Positions 18,311 to 28,537 of a stretch of DNA of 64,000 bases are shown here, piece by piece. Position 1 is the first letter of the stretch; each line of letters starts with the position of its first letter. Origin of the DNA: an uncultured Nitrospirota bacterium (GTDB lineage: Bacteria > Nitrospirota > Nitrospiria > 2-01-FULL-66-17); the NCBI GenBank assembly GCA_964570625.1, contig CAZMYW010000019.1:11842-75841 (forward strand), read 5' to 3'. Made by a program: the position numbers and the translations under genes. The notes beneath the pieces are model-generated. The model worked only from the letters and a program-made list of their open reading frames with translations. It made no database searches and was not told the DNA's origin.

Positions 18311-19339
18311 TCAGCGCGGTTTCACCGCATACGGGTTGCCGCCGAGCGCGTTCGAGATGTCCGCAATCGCTTTCTGGGCCCGTACACTGTTGCCCGCCTT
18401 GTCGAGGGGCGGCGAGATGACGGCGATGCCGAATTTGCCGGGGGATACGGCGATGATCCCGCCTCCCACCCCGCTCTTGGCCGGCAGGCCGGTGCTGAAG
18501 AACCACTTGCCCGAGTCGTCATAGAGTCCTGCGGTCGCCATCACGGCCAGCACCTCGGGGACGTTGTCGCTCTTCATCACCTGTTTGGCCGTTACCGGGT
18601 TCTTCCCGCCGTTCGCCAGGGTCGCGGCCATCATAGCCAGGTCCTTTGCGTTGACGCTCACCGAGCACTGTTCGGTGTAGATGTCTGTGGCCTGCAACGG
18701 GTTGTCCTTGATGTGGCCGTAGGCGTGCATCAGCATGGCGATCGCCTGGTTGCGCTGGTTGGTGTCGGCTTCGGACTTGAAGACCTCCTGGTTGACCGAG
18801 AGCCCCCGCCCGGCAAAGTCACCGTACCAGCCCAGGATCTTCTTCCAGATCTCGTCTCGGCTCGCCCCCTTGACCATACTCGTGGCGGTGATGGCCCCGG
18901 GATTCACCATGGCGTTCATCTCCGCGCCCTTGTGTTGCTCCACGGCCACGATGGAATTGAAGACCTGGCCGGTGGCATCGACGCCCATGTTGCGTTCGAT
19001 GGCCTCCGGGCCCTGCTCCTCCATGACCTTCGCCATGGTGAACACCTTGGAGATGGACTGGATCGACACCTCGGACTTCACGTCTCCCGTGGTGTAGACC
19101 TTGCCGTCCACCGTCACCAGCGCGATGCCGTAGATGTTGGGGTCGACTTTCGCAAGTGCCGGGATGTAGTCGGCGTTCGCGCCTTCCTTGAGCGTCTTGT
19201 ACTTGTTGTGCGCAGCTGTCAGTGCGGCGTCGATGTCGGCTTTGGCCGGAACCTGCGCATGAGCGGTTGTCAGCGACGCGCCCATTACCACGGCCGAGAT
19301 CAACACCAGCGCCGTCTGTCTGTTGTGGATGATTCGCAT
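18311..19339 (-). CDS. glsA: glutaminase A, secreted
   Basis: It has IPALAKVDP, SIQSISKVF and GVGGGIIAV motifs plus a signal peptide. Confidence 0.85.
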   Translation of the reverse strand: MRIIHNRQTALVLISAVVMGASLTTAHAQVPAKADIDAALTAAHNKYKTLKEGANADYIPALAKVDPNIYGIALVTVDGKVYTTGDVKSEVSIQSISKVFTMAKVMEEQGPEAIERNMGVDATGQVFNSIVAVEQHKGAEMNAMVNPGAITATSMVKGASRDEIWKKILGWYGDFAGRGLSVNQEVFKSEADTNQRNQAIAMLMHAYGHIKDNPLQATDIYTEQCSVSVNAKDLAMMAATLANGGKNPVTAKQVMKSDNVPEVLAVMATAGLYDDSGKWFFSTGLPAKSGVGGGIIAVSPGKFGIAVISPPLDKAGNSVRAQKAIADISNALGGNPYAVKPR

Positions 19340-19398
19340 GGACGTTCTCCCCTCTTGTTAGAGTGACCCGAGCTTACACCTCTCCACCCCGAGCGGAT

Positions 19399-20475
19399 TC
19401 ATCGGACGTTGGCTTTCTCCCAGGCTCGCACCTTGACGCGGGCCGCATCGAACAGCCGTTCGTAGTTACCTTTGCGGACTTTCTCACTCGCCTCGGGAGT
19501 GAGCTTCGCAAAGAGCGGCGCGTACATGTCGTAGACCTTCAGATAACTCGCCTGGTCTTTCGGCGCGACTTCGTCCGTGCCGAACAGGAAGCGATCGGGG
19601 TGCCGGTTGATCAGGTCGGCGGTCGCCTGGATCGTCTCGGGAGTCGCCACGACGTACTTAGCGACCTCGTCCCAGGAAATGTCGATATACAGGTGATTGA
19701 GTTCGGGGTTCGAGAGCGCGCGATCGATCAGCCCGATCTGGTCCTTGACCGGGCGCACCACGCGGCCGAGCCCGCAGTGCGCCCAGATGATCGTAGTCTT
19801 CGGATGGCGCTTGAACAGGTCCCGGAGCTGGACCAGCTGATACGGGTCCTGACCGGGCTTGGGATACGGCATGTCGATGTCGTTGTGCAGGAGCGCGACG
19901 AGTCCGGCTTCACCCGCAAAATCGAGGATCCGATCGAGCGCCGGATTGGTGAGGCTCGCGGTCTCGCCAGCCACCTTCGAGGACACAAACTCCTTATGGA
20001 TGGTGAACTCGCCGATGCCGGAAAACACGCCGGGGAACGTCTGCAGGACGCGCTTGATGTGGTCGGCCGCGTACATGTCGGCGGGGTTGAAGCCCGTGAT
20101 CATGGGATCGAACCGTGCCCGCTCCGCCGGTGTGAGCGATTTGTACGCCGTCGCAATATACGCATCGGTGAACGAGTAGTAGTAGAGCGGCGCGTCGGTC
20201 TGCGTATAGTACCATGGCGCGAAGTCGCCAGAGTTCCCGTAGTCCCACGTCTGCTGCAGCGGAATTCCGAAGAGGGTGGAGCGGCCGACCTTGGTGCCCA
20301 TGATCTTCAGGAAGTTCCGGATGTCGGTGCCCTCCTGAATGTAGTTCGTGAGGTGAAAGTGCGAGTCGTGTACGACCGGGGCGCTCTGCGCGGTTGCCGC
20401 AACAGGAGCGACCGAGAGGGCGACGCCGGTCCAGATCGCGACAGCGGCGCGACAATTGATCCGGCGACTCAGCAT
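19399..20475 (-). CDS. amidohydrolase-2 (PF04909-type TIM-barrel metal hydrolase), secreted
   Basis: It has HDSHFHL, ..WAHCG.. and a signal peptide MLSRRINCRAAVAIWTGVALSVAPVAATAQS. The track ORF starts 27 codons upstream. Confidence 0.6.
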   Translation of the reverse strand: MLSRRINCRAAVAIWTGVALSVAPVAATAQSAPVVHDSHFHLTNYIQEGTDIRNFLKIMGTKVGRSTLFGIPLQQTWDYGNSGDFAPWYYTQTDAPLYYYSFTDAYIATAYKSLTPAERARFDPMITGFNPADMYAADHIKRVLQTFPGVFSGIGEFTIHKEFVSSKVAGETASLTNPALDRILDFAGEAGLVALLHNDIDMPYPKPGQDPYQLVQLRDLFKRHPKTTIIWAHCGLGRVVRPVKDQIGLIDRALSNPELNHLYIDISWDEVAKYVVATPETIQATADLINRHPDRFLFGTDEVAPKDQASYLKVYDMYAPLFAKLTPEASEKVRKGNYERLFDAARVKVRAWEKANVR

Positions 20476-20623
20476 GGACCTTCCCCCCTCATTCGACCTC
20501 GCTGCATGGAGGCGTTTCTGGGTCAAAAACCAGAGATTGGAGGTGGCGTCAACCACACGTGTCGTGAGACGGACGTCACCGTGTAAGATCAGAATATTAG
20601 AGATTTCTGAAACCCCGCGACTA

Positions 20624-20639
20624 CTCGTAAATCTACGGG
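20624..20639 (+). promoter_or_regulatory. conserved motif CTCGTA-AATC-TACGGG (copy 1 of 2)
   Basis: A 24-nt block ctactcgtaaatctacgggatttt matches 22/24 with 38729..38752. Confidence 0.3.
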
Positions 20640-20763
20640 ATTTTGAAGAAACTCCTACCAGGACCGAACGCGAGGCACGCGTCGGCGGAGCGCTTGTCGG
20701 TTCGATGCATCACGACCGTCGGTAGTGGTAACATGCCGGAATTCATCTCCCGGGTAACCGATT

Positions 20764-23124
20764 GTGAAACGGACTACACTCTGGATTCTCATTCTCCTTG
20801 TCCTGACGCCACTGCTTTTCGTCGGCCTCACGATCCTGGCCGCGAGGCTGATCAATCACGAGGCGATCAAGAATCGGATTGAAACTGCGGTCTCTCGGGA
20901 CCTCGGTGGCCAGCTCCAGTACGAACGCGTGGCACTCGCGATTCTCCCGCGGCCGCAGGTCGTGATCACCCGCCTATCGGTGACGATTCCTGGAAGCGTG
21001 GTCGGGACGTCCGAATCCCTGAAGGTGAGGTTCGAGCTACTTCCTCTGCTCGTCGGAAAGGCGCGGCTTGCCGACGTGCGGCTCAGTCACCCCGACATCA
21101 CGCTCATGTTGAAAGACGCCCCGACGGCGCCATCAAGCCCAGGCAACGCGTCTCCCGATCGGCCCTTGCCCGCCGTCTTGGGATGGCTGGCCGCGACCAT
21201 GCCACATCTGACGGTGCAGATCGACCACGGACACCTGGTCTTCATCCGGCAGCAGGAACGCGTCTTCGCCCTCGAGGATGCCGCGATCCGGCTCGCGTTG
21301 TCGCCCGAGAACACCGCGCCGACCGGGGCGGGCGCGGCCGACTCCGGCCAGCCGTTTCTGATCACGGGTGAAGCGCGGGCCGTTCTCGCGAATCCGGCCT
21401 TCCCGGGACCGGTCCGGCTTCGGATCGGACGGTTCGAAGCCCTCCCCCACACCCTCTCCTTCTCCGACACCGAGGCGCAAGCCCTCGACGCAGAGGGAAC
21501 CTTCTCCGGCCAATTCGATGCTTACCTGACGCCTCGCCCCACCGCCGACGTGGTGTTCGCCGGGTCCGTCGGACCCCAGATGATGCAGTGGGTTCACACC
21601 GCCTCCTCGGTGCCGGAGGAGCTGCTTCTCCGCGCGCCGCTGTCGATTTCGTCGACACATGTGGTCTGGACATCGGACCGCACCGCGCGGGTCACGGGGT
21701 CGGTGTCGGTCCCGCGCGATGTCTCAGTCACATTCAACATCCAACGAACTCCGGATCGCCTCACCGTCAAGGAACTGACGGTGAGGGAGAAGGGCTCGCA
21801 GGCGGCTCTAACCATGGACCTCCGCGACCGAGTGTTGAACCTCTCGTTTAATGGACACCTCGCGCACTCGACGCTGGCCCAGATCTTCGCGCAGCAGCGC
21901 GTGACGTTCGGTTCGCTGAGCGGCGATTTCCGAACGCGAATTGTGCTGGACCGTCCACGCGACTCGACCGCGCAGGGTCGACTGGAGGGAGACCGGCTGG
22001 TTCTTCCGCTCCAGACCCGCCCCCCCGTGTTCATCGACCGGGTCGTCGCGCAAGCCGCGAAACAAACGGTCTCGGTGGATCCGCTCATCGTCACCATCGA
22101 CGGCACCCAACACACGGTTCGCGGCGGGGTCACCGCCGCCGCCGACCGATGGCTCCTGGATCTGAGTATTGACCGACTCGACTGGAAAACGATCGACTCA
22201 TTGTTCGGTTCCAAGACCGCCGGCTCCGACACCACCGGATCGGAGCCTCCCAGACCCGTTCCCGCGACCATCCGCGTGGCAGCCGGCTCGTTCACGGCCG
22301 GAGGATGGACCGCGGCCCCGGCGCGCGCGGACATCGCCATCGGACCCGAGCCACCCCACATCACGCTTCATGAAGCAGTGGTATGCGGCATCACGGTTGC
22401 GGGATCGGCCACCATCGCGGGGGACGCAACGCGGATCGCTATCACGTCATCGACCAAGGGTCAGAACCTCGAGCCAACCCTGACGTGCCTGGTCGGCAAG
22501 CCCATGCAGGTGACCGGCACGTTCGATTTGTCGGGAAAACTGGACTCGACGGGGACCGGCAAGACCCTGGTGGACAACCTCGGCGGCACCGTCGCGCTCT
22601 CAGTCAAGGGTGGGCGCTTCTACGCAGATTCCGCCGTCGTCCGAATCCTCTCGTACCTCAACCTCACCGAGCTGCTGCGAGGGGCCTTTCCCGACCCGGG
22701 ATCAGACGGCCTTCCCTACAAGAGCGTGGTTGTGCGTGGCACCGCGCAGCAAGGTCGCCTGGCGATTAACGAGGCGGTGGTGACCAGTTCGACAGCGCAA
22801 ATGGCGGCAACGGGATCACTCGACCTGCGAAAACAAACGTTCGACATCACCGTGCTCGTCGCACCGTTGACGACGGTGGACGCCGTGGTGAAAAGAATCC
22901 CTCTCGTGCGGGAGATCCTGGGGGGCTCGCTAGTGACCATTCCGGTTCGCGTGACCGGTCCATTCGACGATCCAAAAGTGGACGCGGTTCCACCGGCAGC
23001 GGTCGCCAAAGAGCTTGGCGGAATCATGACGCGCACCCTGAAACTCCCGTTCAAGATCATGGCCCCGGTGATCCCGGGAGGGAAGAAGCCGAAAGAGGTC
23101 GAGGGCGCTCGTGGTACCGATTGA
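20764..23124 (+). CDS. AsmA-family protein (large periplasm-spanning, TamB/YhdP-like)
   Basis: 786 aa with an N-terminal TM anchor and a long beta-rich repetitive body (GTVALSVKGGRFYADS.., VLVAPLTTVDAVVKRIP). Confidence 0.65.
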   Translation: MKRTTLWILILLVLTPLLFVGLTILAARLINHEAIKNRIETAVSRDLGGQLQYERVALAILPRPQVVITRLSVTIPGSVVGTSESLKVRFELLPLLVGKARLADVRLSHPDITLMLKDAPTAPSSPGNASPDRPLPAVLGWLAATMPHLTVQIDHGHLVFIRQQERVFALEDAAIRLALSPENTAPTGAGAADSGQPFLITGEARAVLANPAFPGPVRLRIGRFEALPHTLSFSDTEAQALDAEGTFSGQFDAYLTPRPTADVVFAGSVGPQMMQWVHTASSVPEELLLRAPLSISSTHVVWTSDRTARVTGSVSVPRDVSVTFNIQRTPDRLTVKELTVREKGSQAALTMDLRDRVLNLSFNGHLAHSTLAQIFAQQRVTFGSLSGDFRTRIVLDRPRDSTAQGRLEGDRLVLPLQTRPPVFIDRVVAQAAKQTVSVDPLIVTIDGTQHTVRGGVTAAADRWLLDLSIDRLDWKTIDSLFGSKTAGSDTTGSEPPRPVPATIRVAAGSFTAGGWTAAPARADIAIGPEPPHITLHEAVVCGITVAGSATIAGDATRIAITSSTKGQNLEPTLTCLVGKPMQVTGTFDLSGKLDSTGTGKTLVDNLGGTVALSVKGGRFYADSAVVRILSYLNLTELLRGAFPDPGSDGLPYKSVVVRGTAQQGRLAINEAVVTSSTAQMAATGSLDLRKQTFDITVLVAPLTTVDAVVKRIPLVREILGGSLVTIPVRVTGPFDDPKVDAVPPAAVAKELGGIMTRTLKLPFKIMAPVIPGGKKPKEVEGARGTD

Positions 23125-23147
23125 AGGTCTACCCCGGGGCGTGACGA

Positions 23148-23945
23148 TCAGAACGACGCGGACACGTAAGCCAGGAATCCCGTGAAGGCACTGCGCTCCG
23201 TCAACACGACATTGTCCCCTTCATACTCCAATCCGTTGGCGTAATGATTGAGACCGATACCCGCGCCAAAGTGCCGGGTGAATCGATACTCGGTCGCGAG
23301 GATAGCGTCCGTCTGCAGCCCCCTCAGGCCGAAGGCGTTGAAGAAGAAGTACTGCGCGGATACTTTCGAGGTCCAGCGCGGGGTGATGTGATATTCCATC
23401 AGGAAACCGATCACCGGCAGCGGGGCGGTGACATTCTCGGCCTCGGATTGCCCCCCCGAATCCGACAGCGACGCCCGGACGGCGGAGGTATGTAGGCCCA
23501 CCGACACGCCGAGTTCCACCTCCTCATTGTGGTAAAACGAGTGCGTGTACCCGACCTTGACGACGCCGGTGTCGATCTCGCTGTTGACCACGTCGTTGAA
23601 GGAAAAGGACTGGTCGCCAAATTGGATGTCGACATCCAAGACACGCGAGCCTCGACGATGGATACTGTAATACGACGCGTCCAGGCGGTGCCGCGGATTG
23701 AACCGATAGTACGCATCGAATCGCGCCACGTTGGCGCTGACCTCGCCGCCGAGCGTGTCGCTGAAATCAATGGTCGCGCCCACCGGCAACCCGGCCGAGT
23801 CCAGGCGGATCGTGGTGTCGTAGTTGCGCACCAAAAAACCTCCGGCTCGAACCGCCCACTTATCAGGAAATTCCTCCGCCCACGTCTCATTCGCCGCCAG
23901 CCCGATCACCGCGGCAACCATCACGATCCACAGTCCTCTTGCCAT
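23148..23945 (-). CDS. outer-membrane beta-barrel protein, hypothetical
   Basis: It has a signal peptide MMARGLWIVMVAAVIGLAA, amphipathic strands and a C-terminal ..YVSASF. Confidence 0.5.
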   Translation of the reverse strand: MARGLWIVMVAAVIGLAANETWAEEFPDKWAVRAGGFLVRNYDTTIRLDSAGLPVGATIDFSDTLGGEVSANVARFDAYYRFNPRHRLDASYYSIHRRGSRVLDVDIQFGDQSFSFNDVVNSEIDTGVVKVGYTHSFYHNEEVELGVSVGLHTSAVRASLSDSGGQSEAENVTAPLPVIGFLMEYHITPRWTSKVSAQYFFFNAFGLRGLQTDAILATEYRFTRHFGAGIGLNHYANGLEYEGDNVVLTERSAFTGFLAYVSASF

Positions 23946-24065
23946 CATCGCCCCCTGATTCAGCCAGTAGTTGCATCGTTCGCACGCCTTGCCCATTTCG
24001 TCACGTCAACCTCACGGGCAACTGCCATCGTCTGCTGTCGTCGCTTATCGTTCGATTGCACGCCC

Positions 24066-24407
24066 TCAGGGCGGCGAGGATACCGACGTGCACTTTCGGA
24101 ACAAGACCTCGCTGTCAGACTCAACAAGGGCCTGGTTGCCCTTCATCCACAGGACCTTGCCGCCATCGGTGAAGGTCGCGCCGCTTGCGGACACGGTCCG
24201 CTTCATCGTCCACTCCTGGTCGTCAAACTTCGTCACCGCCGAGTTCTTGTCCGGGGCCACAGTCACATCGAACGTCTTCCCACCCTCGCACTGGTACCGA
24301 TACGAACCATGGGTCGGGTACGGCTTTGGCTGGGCGCAACCGACCAGTACCCCACCGATGAGAGCGATGGCCAGAGCGTGAATCCATTGTCGCCTGTGCT
24401 GAAGCAT
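24066..24407 (-). CDS. MliC-like lipoprotein (lysozyme inhibitor fold)
   Basis: It has a lipobox LVGC, YQCEGGKTF.. and ..SASGA.. resembling MliC. Confidence 0.4.
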   Translation of the reverse strand: MLQHRRQWIHALAIALIGGVLVGCAQPKPYPTHGSYRYQCEGGKTFDVTVAPDKNSAVTKFDDQEWTMKRTVSASGATFTDGGKVLWMKGNQALVESDSEVLFRKCTSVSSPP

Positions 24408-24480
24408 TCGAGACTCCTTGTGTGAGATAGTCGGCCCGTGCTCCGTCACGGTGGACCGCAGGAGAGATCCTTCGGCGCAA

Positions 24481-25386
24481 TCAGAACCAGAGCACCTGCC
24501 AGACCACCCCCATCGTATCGAAGTTGGACCCGATACGGGTGGAGACTCCCCGTGCCCAGGTGAGCTTCACGGATTGGCTGAGCGTCACCGGGACCGAGAG
24601 CGTGACTCCCCCGCGCGAATTGTTTTGTCGGTCGTCCTGGACCGCGCCGTCGACCGTTGTCGACCCGCCCGAGTAGTAGGTGAAGTCGAAGGCCAGCCAC
24701 AGACGCGGACGGACCGTGTATACCACATGAGTCTGGAGCGAGGCAAGCGGATCTTGTTTTCGCACCTGGCCACCGAAGAAATCGCGATTCTCCGTGAACA
24801 GCCAGACCCCAGCGTAGAATTCGAAGCCCCAATTCCCGAGGGGGTACGAGAGTCCCAACTCCGGCTTGAATGCCCAGCGGTTGGTGCCCAAATTGATCAG
24901 CTTTGAGGAGTCGTATTCACCAAAGGGAGCGACGACAATGAGGCTCGTGCCCAGGGTGGTGACGTGTTGGTGCCGTTGGAACTCCTGCGGCGTCAGCGCT
25001 GGGCCGCCGATCAAATTCACACTGAGCCGAAATTGCGGGTCGCCGAATCCGGACCGATCAACGGTTCGATTCACCTCCTGCACGTCGCCGGAAACCGCGG
25101 CCCACGCGTACGGCGTCGTCAATGTCACACTGGCTTGCCGACCGAAGAGACCGAATGTCCGTCCGTAGTACGGCACCGTGCTGTGGACCCTGGCATGGAT
25201 GTTTGTGATCGGCACGGAGGAATCCGTGACTGCGCCCCCGCTCTGATACAAGTAGCCCATGCCGACGAAGTTCGCGCCCACCGGCGACGGCGAATACGCC
25301 CGGGGTTCGAGCTGCTGGGCCGACGCCGGCCCTACGCTGACGAGCAGCGCCGTGAGGACAACGAGCCATACGGTATGTGCGATCAC
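24481..25386 (-). CDS. outer-membrane channel protein (MetA-pathway/phenol-degradation-like transporter family)
   Basis: It has a signal peptide, QLEPRAYSPSPVGANFVG and a C-terminal ..WQVLWF. Confidence 0.45.
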   Translation of the reverse strand: MIAHTVWLVVLTALLVSVGPASAQQLEPRAYSPSPVGANFVGMGYLYQSGGAVTDSSVPITNIHARVHSTVPYYGRTFGLFGRQASVTLTTPYAWAAVSGDVQEVNRTVDRSGFGDPQFRLSVNLIGGPALTPQEFQRHQHVTTLGTSLIVVAPFGEYDSSKLINLGTNRWAFKPELGLSYPLGNWGFEFYAGVWLFTENRDFFGGQVRKQDPLASLQTHVVYTVRPRLWLAFDFTYYSGGSTTVDGAVQDDRQNNSRGGVTLSVPVTLSQSVKLTWARGVSTRIGSNFDTMGVVWQVLWF

Positions 25387-25531
25387 CTACCGTTCACGAC
25401 GGGCAAAATAGAAGTACACGCCGACCGTGAAGAAATTGGTCGCCACCGCAACGACATTCCAAAGAAGACAGGCAACCGCACCTCCATGCCCTCGAATTGC
25501 CCCTCATGAGACGGCCTCATCGCGCATCTCG

Positions 25532-28399
25532 TCAAACCTTTCGGGCTTTGTCCTCCTCCGCCTTGTCAGCCGCCTTCATTGCCTCTAGCTCGATCGTCAC
25601 TTCGCCTTCCTTGTTGGCGTCGGTCACGTTGGTAGCCTTGTTCACGCCCCCAGCATCCGGGGTGCCATTCTTGAACGCGGCCTGCTTGCCGCCCTCCAGG
25701 GCCCGCTTGGAATCCAGAAGGCCGTACAGCTGAATGGTCTTGGCCACGAGTCCGGTCCACCCTGTCTGATGGCTTGCGCCCAGCCCGGCGCCGTTGTCGC
25801 CGTGGAAGTATTCGTAGAAGAGGAGATGGTCGCGCCAGAGGGGATCGGTCTGGAACTTTTCCGTGCCGCCATAGACTGGCCGCTGACCCTGTTCATTACG
25901 CAGGAAGATCCGGCTCAGCCGATCCGCGATCTCCTTGCTCACCTCGAACAGGTTCATCATGTTGCCGGACCCCGTGGGGCATTCGATTTTGAAGTTGTCG
26001 CCGTAATACAGGTAGAAATTCAGCAGCGCCCGGATGATCATCGCGTTCACCGGCATCCAGACCGGGCCCCGCCAGTTGGAGTTACCGCCGAACATGCCGG
26101 TGTTCGATTCGGCCGGCAGATAGTCCACCCGGTACTCCTGGCCGTTCACGTGAAAGACGAACGGGTGCTGTTCGTGGAACTTGGAGAGCGAGCGGATCCC
26201 GTAGGGGCTCAGAAACTCGTTCTCGTCGAGCATCTTCGTGAGGATCCGGCGCAGCCGCTCCGGGTTGACCAAGGCCAAGATCCCGCGATCCGCCACACCG
26301 AGATGACCCGGGCCGGTGGGATGGATGGTCTTCAGCAGTTCGGGCATCCGGCGCCAGCGTTCCGAGAGATGGGCCATCGCCTTCGGGACGCGCTCCCGCT
26401 GCCATGCCTCGGTGACCGTGGTGGCGCACAAGGGCAGAAGCCCCACCATCGAGCGCACCTTGAGCCGCGTGGCGCTACCGTCCGGGAGCTGCAGCAGATC
26501 GTAGTAGAAGCCGTCCGCCTCGTCCCACATGCCGTCCTGCCCGGGCTTGTTCATGGCTGCGGCGATATAGTAGAAGTGCTCGGCGAACTTCATGACCATA
26601 TCTTCGTAAGCGGGATCGTGGACGGCGAGCTCTACCGCGATCTCCAACATGTTTTGACTGAACAGCGCCATCCAGGCCGTGCCATCCGCCTGTTCCAGGT
26701 GGCCGCCGGTGGGCAGTGGGGCGCTGCGGTCGAAGACGCCGATGTTGTCGAGGCCGAGGAAGCCGCCCTCGAACACGTTCTTGCCGAAACGGTCCTTGCG
26801 GTTCACCCACCAGGTGAAGTTCAACAGCAGCTTGTTGAATGCCGACTTGAGGAAATCCACGTCCGTCTCGCCACGCAGGGCCTGCTCCGTGCGGTGCAGG
26901 AACAGCGTCGCAAAGGCGTGGACCGGCGGATTCACGTCGCTGAAGTTCCACTCGTACGCGGGCATCTGGCCGCTGGGGTGCAGGTAAAGGCCGCGCAGCA
27001 TCAGCTCCATCTGCTCCTTGGCAAAGTCGGGGTCCACGATCGCGAGCGGGAGTGTGTGGAACGCCAGGTCCCAGGCCGCGTACCAGGGGTACTCCCACTT
27101 ATCCGGCATGGAGATGATGTCCTCGTTCAGCATGTGGAACCACTCCGAGTTCCGAGAGATACGATATCCGGTATGCAGAGGGTTGGAGTGGTGCTCCTCC
27201 AACCAGCTATCACCGTCGAAGAAGAAGAACTGCTTGCTCCACAGCATGCCGGCGATGGCCTGGCGCATCACGTTGGCCGCGTCCGGGGAGACCGAGGGCG
27301 GGGTCACCGAGCGATAGAACTCGTCCGCCTCCTGCAACCGTGCCGCCAGGGTCGCGTCAAACGCCGGCCCGAAGGGCACGGCAGCGCCTTTGGTGGTTGT
27401 GCTTTGCGCGGCGGATCCACGCGCGGTCAGGCGCAGCCGCACGGTCGCCGACTGGCCTGAGGCAATCGTCACACGATAGTGCGCTGCAACCTTGGTGCCC
27501 TCCTTTTCGGGGTTCACCGCAGCCTGATCGCCCTGTACCACGCAGTTGTTGATGCCGTCCTTGACGTATGGGCCGGCATTGGGCTGACCGGGAAAGAGCC
27601 GGTCGTTGTTCGTGGTGTTATCGGTGAAGAGCAGCGGTACCTCGCCTTCGCAGGAAAAGATGAATTCACCCAGGAGCCGATGCGTTGCCGCGACCGTGCT
27701 CGCGCCCACCGCTGCCTTGATCTGCTTGAGGTGTGGTTTCTCGGGAGCTCGGTTGGATTCGGCGATCCACGTCGCCCAGTCGTTCCGGAACCACAGCGTC
27801 GGCAGGAGATGCAGTTCGGCCGCTTCCGGCCCACGGTTGAAGGCCGTGATCTTGACGAGAATGTCCTCGGCCCCGCCCTTGGCATACTCCACGAAGACGT
27901 CGAAGTAACGGTCGTCATTGAAGACGCCGGTGTCGAGGAGTTCATACTCCATGTCGTTCCGGGTGCGACGACGGTTTGTCTCGACCAGGTCCGCGTAGGG
28001 ATAGGCCGCCTGAGGGTACTTGTAGAGATACTTCATGTACGAGTGGGTTGGCGTGCTGTCGAGGTAGAAGTAGTACTCCTTGACGTCCTCGCCATGATTG
28101 CCTTCGCTGTTGGTGAGGCCGAAGAGCCGTTCCTTGAGGATCTGGTCCTTCCCATTCCACAGGGCCAGGCTGAAGCAGAGGCGCTGCTTGTCATCGGAAA
28201 TGCCGGCGATGCCGTCCTCACCCCAGCGGTAGGCGCGCGAGCGCGCATGATCGTGGGTGAAGAAATTCCAGGCGTCGCCTCCTTCGCTATAGTCCTCGCG
28301 CACCGTTCCCCACTGTCGCTCACTGAGGTACGGTCCCCATTTCTTCCAAAGAGCGTTCTGTCCCCGCACTTCATCGAGGCGGTTCTTTTCGGCGCTCAT
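25532..28399 (-). CDS. GH63-like glycoside hydrolase (glucosidase / mannosylglycerate-hydrolase-type)
   Basis: 955 aa. The N-terminal LWKKWGPYLSERQWGTVREDYS..GDAWNFFTHDHARSRAYRWGEDG is characteristic of bacterial GH63. It has an (alpha/alpha)6-type core and a K/E-rich C-terminal tail. Confidence 0.65.
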   Translation of the reverse strand: MSAEKNRLDEVRGQNALWKKWGPYLSERQWGTVREDYSEGGDAWNFFTHDHARSRAYRWGEDGIAGISDDKQRLCFSLALWNGKDQILKERLFGLTNSEGNHGEDVKEYYFYLDSTPTHSYMKYLYKYPQAAYPYADLVETNRRRTRNDMEYELLDTGVFNDDRYFDVFVEYAKGGAEDILVKITAFNRGPEAAELHLLPTLWFRNDWATWIAESNRAPEKPHLKQIKAAVGASTVAATHRLLGEFIFSCEGEVPLLFTDNTTNNDRLFPGQPNAGPYVKDGINNCVVQGDQAAVNPEKEGTKVAAHYRVTIASGQSATVRLRLTARGSAAQSTTTKGAAVPFGPAFDATLAARLQEADEFYRSVTPPSVSPDAANVMRQAIAGMLWSKQFFFFDGDSWLEEHHSNPLHTGYRISRNSEWFHMLNEDIISMPDKWEYPWYAAWDLAFHTLPLAIVDPDFAKEQMELMLRGLYLHPSGQMPAYEWNFSDVNPPVHAFATLFLHRTEQALRGETDVDFLKSAFNKLLLNFTWWVNRKDRFGKNVFEGGFLGLDNIGVFDRSAPLPTGGHLEQADGTAWMALFSQNMLEIAVELAVHDPAYEDMVMKFAEHFYYIAAAMNKPGQDGMWDEADGFYYDLLQLPDGSATRLKVRSMVGLLPLCATTVTEAWQRERVPKAMAHLSERWRRMPELLKTIHPTGPGHLGVADRGILALVNPERLRRILTKMLDENEFLSPYGIRSLSKFHEQHPFVFHVNGQEYRVDYLPAESNTGMFGGNSNWRGPVWMPVNAMIIRALLNFYLYYGDNFKIECPTGSGNMMNLFEVSKEIADRLSRIFLRNEQGQRPVYGGTEKFQTDPLWRDHLLFYEYFHGDNGAGLGASHQTGWTGLVAKTIQLYGLLDSKRALEGGKQAAFKNGTPDAGGVNKATNVTDANKEGEVTIELEAMKAADKAEEDKARKV

Positions 28400-28537
28400 A
28401 CGATTCCTCCCTTGGCTCGGTCAGATAGCAGGTAAGGGGTCGTGCCGAGGCCACGCGACGCCTCAACTCGCTGATTCTCGCCTGAACGATATCGGCTGGC
28501 CGCCCACTTATCCATCTCCCAAGTGGGGAGTTAGGTA

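Noticed and set aside
19363-20586. 407-aa plus-strand ORF
   Set aside because: It is a shadow ORF opposite the amidohydrolase gene. Arg/Asp/Val-rich shadow ORFs like this are typical of high-GC genomes.
25769-27460. 563-aa plus-strand ORF
   Set aside because: It is a shadow ORF on the opposite strand of the strongly supported GH63-like gene.
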